Below, piece after piece: positions 56,941 to 64,000 of a DNA stretch of 64,000 nucleotides. Location: the NCBI GenBank assembly GCA_020809425.1, contig JAGGDC010000002.1, forward strand, positions 260,334 through 324,333, read 5' to 3'. The stretch is from Candidatus Synoicihabitans palmerolidicus (GTDB taxonomy: Bacteria > Verrucomicrobiota > Verrucomicrobiia > Opitutales > Opitutaceae). How positions within the stretch are numbered: the stretch's first letter is position 1; each line of letters begins with the position of its first letter. The notes below the pieces were generated by a model that searched no databases, was not told the origin of the DNA, and saw nothing but the letters and a program-made list of their open reading frames with translations. A program made the translations under genes and the position numbers.

Positions 56941-58047
56941 CTACCTCACCTGCAACGTGTCACCGTCAAAAGTCAGTCCGAGCGGCGGCACGACTACCGC
57001 CTTGCGCTCATCATCCTTGTGCACGCGGCCTGCAATCCATGCATCGTAGCCGGTCGCCTGCGCCGCCGCCAACGTCGCGTCGGCGTCCTTCGGGGCCACG
57101 TAAGCCGCGAATCCGATGTCCATGTTGAACGTCGCATACGCCTCGCACAGCTCGATGGGGCCTTTCTCCATTAAAAACTTAAACAGCGCCGGCTCGGGCC
57201 GCACGTTCGTGATCTCATAAACAAATGGCTCGTCCAACCGCATCAGCTTGCGCCAGCCGTGCCCCGTCACATGCGACACATAGTTGAGGGTGATTCCCCG
57301 CTTTTGACACTCCCGCACAAACGCCACGTAGATCACCGACGGCGCCAGCAACCCTTCACCATACGTACGGTCATCCCCGTGGCCCAAGGGGGTCGCATAG
57401 CCCTCGGGCAGGTTGTCCGCGATTTTACGACACAGGGTCAGTCCGTTGGTCTGCACGCCTGACGACGCCAAAAACAGGATCGTATCTCCATCCTTTGCCT
57501 CACCGGTAATCCGCAGACTCTTGGGCGCGATCCGCCCGACCGCCGATCCCGCCAGGCAAATCGAATCAGGCTCAATGATTCCCTTCAAAGTCGGGGTCTC
57601 ACCGCCTCCCCACACCGCGCCCGACATCCGACAGGCCTCCGCCCAACCTTCCACCAACCCGTTGGTCCGGACTGCGTCACCAAACCAACTGGAATCACCG
57701 ACCGCCGCGTGCATCGCCAGCGAAGTCGGCAACGCTCCACACGTGATCAAATCGTTCACAATCGTCGCCACCGTATCGATCGCGATCTCCCGGTAAAAAC
57801 ACTTGCCGGACTGCTTGTAGACGGCATCCGCCACCAAATTCTTCGTGCCCAGACCTTCCTCAACATGAGCCAGGAAATGATCCTCCGCTTCCATCAAATA
57901 GCAGCTCTCTCCCCGGGTCTCCGCCGGCTCACTGTAACCATGCGATGCCAGGAGGTCCGCCGTGGTCTTTGCCGCCTTCTGGCACGCGCGCTTGAAGGCA
58001 TCGAGTTCATCGTAGCGGACACCCGCGGATTCGTAGGAAAGTGACAT
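56941..58047 (-). CDS. purM: Phosphoribosylformylglycinamidine cyclo-ligase
   Basis: SYESAGV, EGLGTK, VNDL, GGETP, SSGVQTNG, HVTGHG and TFNM. Adjacent to purF. Confidence 0.93.
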   Translation of the reverse strand: MSLSYESAGVRYDELDAFKRACQKAAKTTADLLASHGYSEPAETRGESCYLMEAEDHFLAHVEEGLGTKNLVADAVYKQSGKCFYREIAIDTVATIVNDLITCGALPTSLAMHAAVGDSSWFGDAVRTNGLVEGWAEACRMSGAVWGGGETPTLKGIIEPDSICLAGSAVGRIAPKSLRITGEAKDGDTILFLASSGVQTNGLTLCRKIADNLPEGYATPLGHGDDRTYGEGLLAPSVIYVAFVRECQKRGITLNYVSHVTGHGWRKLMRLDEPFVYEITNVRPEPALFKFLMEKGPIELCEAYATFNMDIGFAAYVAPKDADATLAAAQATGYDAWIAGRVHKDDERKAVVVPPLGLTFDGDTLQVR

Positions 58048-58152
58048 GAGCTGAAGGAGGGTTAACTTCGATAAAGGTCGGCGCGATACGGGTTCAGCCG
58101 GTTCAACATCCGCCCTTACTGGGGTTCATCTGGGTTTAAAAATTCGATTAAA

Positions 58153-60063
58153 TCAGTAACTCCGGGCCGTGGAGTTCTCGAAATAGTTGATGTAGGCCTG
58201 GTTCACCACACGGTAGCCGCCTGCCGTCGGGAAGTTGCCCGTGAAATACCAATCCCCCGAATGATTCGGCACCGCCGCATGCAGGTTGTCCACCGTCTGG
58301 TAAATCACCTCCACGTCACCGGCCCACTCCACCCCTTGCGGATACACGATCTGACTGATCCGCGCAGAAATCTGCTCCACCGTAAACGGTTCGTAGATCT
58401 TCTTCACGTAGTTGACCGCTTCACCGGCTTCCACCGCCTTGCAGCACAACCGGTAGACTTCCGCCAACAACTCCTCCTTGCCGTGCTGTTTCAGCAAATC
58501 CACCGCCGCTTCAAACGCGATGAACTTGCCGATCTCCGACATATCAATGCCGTAACAATCCGGATATCGAATCTGCGGCGCCGTCGAAACAATCACGATC
58601 TTACGTGGATTCAACCGCGTCAAAATCCGCAGAATGGACTTACGTAAGGTCGTCCCCCGCACGATCGAATCATCCACACACACCAGGTTGTCCTTCCCCG
58701 CATCCACTGAACCATAGGTGATGTCGTAAACATGGCTCGCCAACTGATTGCGCAGGTTTTCCTGCCCAATGAACGTGCGCAGTTTGATGTCCTTGCTGAC
58801 CACCTTCTCCGCCCGCGGCCAGTTGCGCAGAATCAAATCGTCGAGCTTCTCCTCCGACAACTCCCCCGCGGCCGCCGCGCGCAAAATCTCCGCCTTCACT
58901 TCCGTGCGACGACGTTCCCGCAACGCCGAGACCAATCCATAATACGCCACTTCCGCCGTATTCGGGATGAAGCTGAACACGGTGTTACCCCAGTCATAAT
59001 TGACCGACTGCAAAACTTGGTCCGACAACCGCGCCCCGAGAGCTTTGCGTTCCCGGTAAATATCGATGTCGTTCCCTCGCGAGAAATAAATGCGCTCAAA
59101 CGAACACGAGGTCCGCTCCAATGGCTCCCGGAAGGGCTTCGAGATCACCGTACAATCTCGCTTGATGACCATCACGTGGCCCGACGTCACTTCCTCCACC
59201 GCGGCCAGCTCCAGGTCAAACACCGTCATCAACGGCGCCCGCTCCGAGGCAAACGCAATCACTTCATCATTCTCAAAATAGAAACACGGCCGAATCCCCG
59301 AAGGATCTCGCACCACAAACGCATCTCCATTGCCCACTGCGCCCGCCAGCACATAGCCACCGTCCCACTTCTCGCCCGCTCGCGAAATAACGCGATGCAG
59401 ATCCAGATCTCGACTGATCTGCGCCGAAATCTCGCGCCCGGACACGTTCTGCTCCCGCAGATGGCGATAGATATCCTGATGTTCCTCATCGAGGTAAAAT
59501 CCGATCTTCTCCAACAGCGCCTGCGTGTCCGTCGCAAAGATGGGATGCTGCCCCATCGCGATCAGGTTGCTATTCAGCTCCGACGTGTTCGTCAGATTGA
59601 AATTACCACACAATGCCAGATTGCGCGTCGGCCACGGGCTGCGCCGGAAAAACGGATGGCACGAGCTGATGTTGTAACCGCCGCTGGTCCCGTAACGCAG
59701 GTGGCCCAGCAATAACTCCCCGCCAAAATCGAATTTCTCCTTCACCGTCTTGGCGAATTCCGGATGTGCATCCCCCTTGTCCACCAGCTTGTGATACTCC
59801 CCCAGCAGACTCTTGAAGATTTTGTCGAGGGGATTGGATTTCACACACCGCTCGCGAAACATAAACGGCTCCCCCGCCGGAACATTCAACTTCACACACG
59901 CCGCGCCCGCCCCATCTTGTCCGCGATTGTGCTGCTTCTCCATCAGGAGGAATAATTTCGTGAACCCCCACAGCGGTGTCCCGTATTTGTCCTGATAATA
60001 TTGGAGCGGCTTCTTCAGCCGCACCATCGCTATGCCGCACTCGTGCGTCAGTTTATCACTCAT
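58153..60063 (-). CDS. purF: Amidophosphoribosyltransferase (long form)
   Basis: MSDKLTHECGIA (N-terminal nucleophile Cys), HNRGQD, GHLRYGT, CSFERIYFSR and VDDSIVRGTT. Confidence 0.96.
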   Translation of the reverse strand: MSDKLTHECGIAMVRLKKPLQYYQDKYGTPLWGFTKLFLLMEKQHNRGQDGAGAACVKLNVPAGEPFMFRERCVKSNPLDKIFKSLLGEYHKLVDKGDAHPEFAKTVKEKFDFGGELLLGHLRYGTSGGYNISSCHPFFRRSPWPTRNLALCGNFNLTNTSELNSNLIAMGQHPIFATDTQALLEKIGFYLDEEHQDIYRHLREQNVSGREISAQISRDLDLHRVISRAGEKWDGGYVLAGAVGNGDAFVVRDPSGIRPCFYFENDEVIAFASERAPLMTVFDLELAAVEEVTSGHVMVIKRDCTVISKPFREPLERTSCSFERIYFSRGNDIDIYRERKALGARLSDQVLQSVNYDWGNTVFSFIPNTAEVAYYGLVSALRERRRTEVKAEILRAAAAGELSEEKLDDLILRNWPRAEKVVSKDIKLRTFIGQENLRNQLASHVYDITYGSVDAGKDNLVCVDDSIVRGTTLRKSILRILTRLNPRKIVIVSTAPQIRYPDCYGIDMSEIGKFIAFEAAVDLLKQHGKEELLAEVYRLCCKAVEAGEAVNYVKKIYEPFTVEQISARISQIVYPQGVEWAGDVEVIYQTVDNLHAAVPNHSGDWYFTGNFPTAGGYRVVNQAYINYFENSTARSY

Positions 60064-60303
60064 AATGAGTCCAAACAGGTGGGTCACCGCGGCTTGCTGC
60101 GAGTTGGGACGGAGCCGTATGTAGCGGCCGGTGCATCGGGTGGAGTTCTCACGGAAGTCAAAAGACATAATACGGGACGATGACCCCATCGGTCAACGGC
60201 ATTTTCCTTTCCACACCATGAAAACGTCACTCCGCCCCTCCCACCCGCTTGACCGGCTGGGTTTGGTCTGGGACGGTCGCGCTTCCAGTCCCTGTTCCTG
60301 ACT

Positions 60304-63300
60304 ATGTTGATCCTGCGCGGCCCCCCAGCTCTCTCGCCTTTGCGGCTCCAAAAACTAATCGACGGCCTCCAAACTGTGAACGTACCAGTGCGCGCCCTCG
60401 CCGCGGAGTACGTGCATGTGGTTGAAACCGAGGGAGAAATATCTCCCGAGCACCAAACCGTCCTCGAAAAGCTGCTCACCTACGGTCCAGCCCGGAGCGC
60501 CCAAAACCTGTCCGGCTTGACTCAAGTGGTCGCGCCGCGCCCCGGCACCATCTCCCCGTGGTCTTCCAAAGCCACCGATATCGCCCACATCTGCGGCTTG
60601 ACCGCGGTCACCCGCATCGAACGCGTCATCGCCTTCACCGTGATCTGTGACAACGCCGCCTTGCCCAAACCGCTCTCCCAGCTTTCCGCCGTCCAGCTCA
60701 CCGCCCTGCGGGCCGCCCTCCACGACCGCATGACCCAGGTTGTTTTGAACTCCGTCGACGACGGCAAGGCCCTTTCCCGTCATGAGCTGCCTCATCCGCT
60801 CTCTTCGGTTCCCATCCTTGCCAAAGGTCGCGACGCCCTCGTCTCGGCCAACTCCGAGCTGGGCCTCGCCCTCGCCGCTGACGAGATCGATTATCTCGTC
60901 GAAGCCTTCCTGCACCTCGGCCGCGACCCCAACGACATCGAGCTCATGATGTTCGCCCAGGCCAACTCCGAGCACTGCCGCCACAAAATCTTCAACGCCT
61001 CATGGGAAATTGACGGCGAAGCTCAGGCCAAGTCGCTCTTCGCCATGATTCGCAACACCTACGAGTTGCATAGCGAAGGCATCCGGTCCGCCTACAAGGA
61101 CAACGCCGCCGTGCTCTCCGGCACCCGCGGCGGGCGCTTCTACGTCGATCCTCGCTCCGGCGACTACGCGGCTCACCAGGAGGACATCCACATCCTCTGC
61201 AAAGTGGAGACCCACAACCACCCGACCTCCATTTCGCCCTTCCCGGGCGCCGCCACCGGCTCCGGCGGCGAAATCCGCGATGAAGGCGCCACCGGCCGTG
61301 GCTCCAAACCGAAAGCCGGCCTCGCTGGCTTCACCGTCTCCAATCTTAAAATTCCCGACGCCCTCCAACCCTGGGAAACTGACTTCGGTAAACCCGAACG
61401 CATCGTCTCCGCCCTCGACATCATGATCGAAGGCCCTCTCGGCGCCGCCGCCTTCAACAACGAATTCGGTCGCCCCGCCATCAACGGCTACTTCCGCAGT
61501 TTCGAACAGGCCGTCCCCGCCGCATCCGCCGACCCCACCGCCCCTCCCTCCACCGAGCTTCGCGGCTACCACAAGCCCATCATGCTTGCCGGTGGCCTCG
61601 GTAACATCAAAGCCGCCCACGTGGAAAAAGGCGCCATCAACCCCGGCGACAAACTTATCGTACTCGGCGGCCCCGCCATGCTCATCGGACTGGGCGGCGG
61701 CGCGGCGTCCTCCATGGCCAGTGGCTCCGGCAGCGGGGACCTCGATTTTGCCTCCGTGCAACGCCAAAACCCCGAAATGGAACGCCGCTGCCAGGAGGTC
61801 ATCGACCGCTGCTGGGCCCTCGACGACGACAACCCCATTTCCTTTATCCACGACGTCGGCGCCGGCGGCATCTCCAACGCCTTTCCCGAACTCGTCAACG
61901 ACGGCGGACGCGGCGGTCGCTTCGAATTGCGGGCCGTCCCCAACGACGAGCCCAGCATGGCACCACACGAAATCTGGTGCAACGAATCTCAGGAACGCTA
62001 CGTCATGGCCGTACCCGTCGCCCGCCTCGACACCTTCACCGCCATCTGCACCCGCGAACTCTGCCCCTTCGCCGTCGTGGGCGAGGCCACGGAGGAAATG
62101 AATCTCGTCCTCACCGACTCTCATTTTCACAACACGCCCATCGACATGCCCCTCGAGGTGTTGCTCGGCAAACCGCCCCGCATGCACCGTCAGGAGTTTT
62201 CGCTGCAACGGCCCCAACTACCCTTGGCTCTGGGCACCCTGTCACTCGCGGACGCCGTCCAACGCGTCCTCTGCCACCCCACCGTCGCTGATAAAACGTT
62301 CCTCATTTCCATCGGCGATCGCACCGTCACCGGCCTCATCTGCCGCGATCAAATGGTGGGCCCGTGGCAAGTCCCCGTCGCCGACTGTGCCGTCACCGCC
62401 GCGTCCTTCGACGTGAACACGGGTGAAGCCATGTCGATGGGTGAACGCACCCCCGTCGCCGTCAATAACGCCGCCGCCTCCGCTCGCCTCGCCGTGGGTG
62501 AAGCCCTCACCAATCTCGCCGCCGCTCAAATCGGCTCCATCGGCAAGGTAAACCTGTCCGCCAACTGGATGGCCGCTCTCACCGTCCCCGGCGATGCCGC
62601 CGACCTCTACGCCGCCGTAAAAGCCGTCGGCATGGAACTCTGTCCCGCCCTCGGTATCACCATCCCGGTGGGCAAAGATTCCATGTCCATGAGCACCGTC
62701 TGGCAGGACCAGGGGAAAACCAAGCGCGTCACCGCTCCGACGTCCCTCATCGTCTCCGCCTTCGCTCCGGTCTCCGACATTCGGCGATCGCTCACACCGC
62801 AACTCGTCGACGACCTCGATGCGACTCTGCTCCTCCTCGATCTCGGCCGTGGCCGCAATCGCCTCGGTTGTTCCATTCTCGCCCAAGTCGTTTCCCAAAT
62901 GGGTGAAGCCCCCCCCGACGTAAACTGCCCTATCGACCTCAAAGGATTCTGGGCCATCATCCAAACCCTCGGGGCCGCGCAAAAAATTCTCGCTTACCAC
63001 GACCGTTCAGATGGGGGCCTGCTCGCCACCACCGTCGAAATGGCCTTCGCTGGCCACCTGGGTGTCACCCTCGATTTACCCGCCAGCTCGTCCGACGCCT
63101 CCCCCTTTGCCCCTCTCTTCGCCGAAGAACTGGGCGCCGTCATCCAAGTTCGCAACGCCGACCTCCCTGCCGTGCAAACGGTGCTCGCACGCTATGGAAT
63201 CGATGCCTGCACCACCCGTATTGGAGCTCTGAATACCCAGCAGGTCTACCGGGTGAATCAGAACGGGCGGACCGTGTTCGAAAAATCGCTCAGCGACCTC

Positions 63301-64000
63301 CGCGCCCACTGGTCCGACGTGACCCGCCGCATCTCCGCCCTGCGCGATAACCCGGCCTGCGCCGAACAGGAATACCAACTCAAACTCGACCCCTCCGACC
63401 CCGGCATAACGCCTGTCGTCACTTTCCCGCTGGTGTCGCCCCCACAGCCGTCCAACGAGTCAACAAATGCATCAGACTCGCGTCCCCCCATCGCCATCTT
63501 GCGCGAACAGGGCGTGAACGGGGAAGTCGAGATGGCCGCCGCCTTCGATCGCGCCGGCTTCCGCGCCGTCGATGTGCACATGACCGACATTCTCTCCGGG
63601 CGCATCTCCCTCGCCGATTTCCGCGGTCTCGCGGCGTGTGGCGGCTTCAGCTACGGCGATGTTCTCGGGGCCGGCGAAGGCTGGGCCAAGAGCATCCTCT
63701 TCCACGCCCACGCTCGCGCCGAATTCGCCGCCTTTTTAGCCCGCGAAGATACCTTTGCCCTCGGCGTCTGCAACGGCTGCCAAATGCTCAGCAATCTCAA
63801 GTCGATCATCCCCGGCGCCGAAGCCTGGCCCCACTTCGTGCAAAATCAAAGCGAACGCTACGAGGGTCGCTACGTTTCCCTCAAAATCGAGGAGTCCCCC
63901 AGTATTTTCTTCGCCGGCATGGCCGGCAGCATCCTGCCCATCGCCGTCGCCCACGGCGAAGGCTACGCCGAGTTCATCGACCGCGCAACCGCCGAGTCCT
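60304..64000 (+). CDS. purL: Phosphoribosylformylglycinamidine synthase, large form (runs off the window)
   Basis: [54 protein letters not shown] and GVCNGCQ, all in one frame. Confidence 0.97.
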   Translation, partial: MLILRGPPALSPLRLQKLIDGLQTVNVPVRALAAEYVHVVETEGEISPEHQTVLEKLLTYGPARSAQNLSGLTQVVAPRPGTISPWSSKATDIAHICGLTAVTRIERVIAFTVICDNAALPKPLSQLSAVQLTALRAALHDRMTQVVLNSVDDGKALSRHELPHPLSSVPILAKGRDALVSANSELGLALAADEIDYLVEAFLHLGRDPNDIELMMFAQANSEHCRHKIFNASWEIDGEAQAKSLFAMIRNTYELHSEGIRSAYKDNAAVLSGTRGGRFYVDPRSGDYAAHQEDIHILCKVETHNHPTSISPFPGAATGSGGEIRDEGATGRGSKPKAGLAGFTVSNLKIPDALQPWETDFGKPERIVSALDIMIEGPLGAAAFNNEFGRPAINGYFRSFEQAVPAASADPTAPPSTELRGYHKPIMLAGGLGNIKAAHVEKGAINPGDKLIVLGGPAMLIGLGGGAASSMASGSGSGDLDFASVQRQNPEMERRCQEVIDRCWALDDDNPISFIHDVGAGGISNAFPELVNDGGRGGRFELRAVPNDEPSMAPHEIWCNESQERYVMAVPVARLDTFTAICTRELCPFAVVGEATEEMNLVLTDSHFHNTPIDMPLEVLLGKPPRMHRQEFSLQRPQLPLALGTLSLADAVQRVLCHPTVADKTFLISIGDRTVTGLICRDQMVGPWQVPVADCAVTAASFDVNTGEAMSMGERTPVAVNNAAASARLAVGEALTNLAAAQIGSIGKVNLSANWMAALTVPGDAADLYAAVKAVGMELCPALGITIPVGKDSMSMSTVWQDQGKTKRVTAPTSLIVSAFAPVSDIRRSLTPQLVDDLDATLLLLDLGRGRNRLGCSILAQVVSQMGEAPPDVNCPIDLKGFWAIIQTLGAAQKILAYHDRSDGGLLATTVEMAFAGHLGVTLDLPASSSDASPFAPLFAEELGAVIQVRNADLPAVQTVLARYGIDACTTRIGALNTQQVYRVNQNGRTVFEKSLSDLRAHWSDVTRRISALRDNPACAEQEYQLKLDPSDPGITPVVTFPLVSPPQPSNESTNASDSRPPIAILREQGVNGEVEMAAAFDRAGFRAVDVHMTDILSGRISLADFRGLAACGGFSYGDVLGAGEGWAKSILFHAHARAEFAAFLAREDTFALGVCNGCQMLSNLKSIIPGAEAWPHFVQNQSERYEGRYVSLKIEESPSIFFAGMAGSILPIAVAHGEGYAEFIDRATAES

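Noticed and set aside
28247-63000. Long antisense ORFs (e.g. 28247-29293, 30176-31315, 32934-34616, 44011-45171, 45643-46911, 61000-62217)
   Set aside because: They are shadows of real genes on the opposite strand, expected with high-GC codon bias, and have no recognisable motifs.
1-64000. All lesions being long-read sequencing errors
   Set aside because: Lesions avoid housekeeping genes, include substitutions and multi-base deletions, and one is shared by two IS copies. Single homopolymer cases such as oadA near 22620 could still be errors.
1-64000. CRISPR arrays, tRNA or rRNA genes
   Set aside because: No regularly spaced repeats or recognisable structural RNA sequences were seen by eye. 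A covariance-model scan was not run.

Overview
GC-rich bacterial chromosomal window, most consistent with Verrucomicrobiota/Opitutales (inferred from DUF5069- and DUF6172-like genes, a PVC-type CxxCH dehydrogenase and a Verrucomicrobia-style ATP-grasp gene). The main feature is a sharp split between intact and broken genes. About 23 mostly housekeeping genes have clean reading frames (carB, prfB, gmd, fcl, cysH, valS, glnD, deaD, rhlE, purM, purF, purL and others). About 18 accessory genes carry frameshifts, premature stops, deletions or truncations (pilC, a sigma54-type regulator, two TonB receptors, phoD, a beta-helix enzyme, oadA/pycB, a GAF kinase, a PqqL-like protease and others). Five insertion sequences of four families (two IS5-like, IS701, IS630, and a DUF4338-ISAs1 fusion element; about 8.1 kb in total) all have broken transposases. 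The pattern suggests a host-associated lineage in early genome reduction. Many premature stops fall at inferred Glu codons (G>T bias), and conserved motifs in intact genes carry radical substitutions. No rRNA, tRNA or CRISPR array was recognised. All family assignments come from motif recognition, not database searches.
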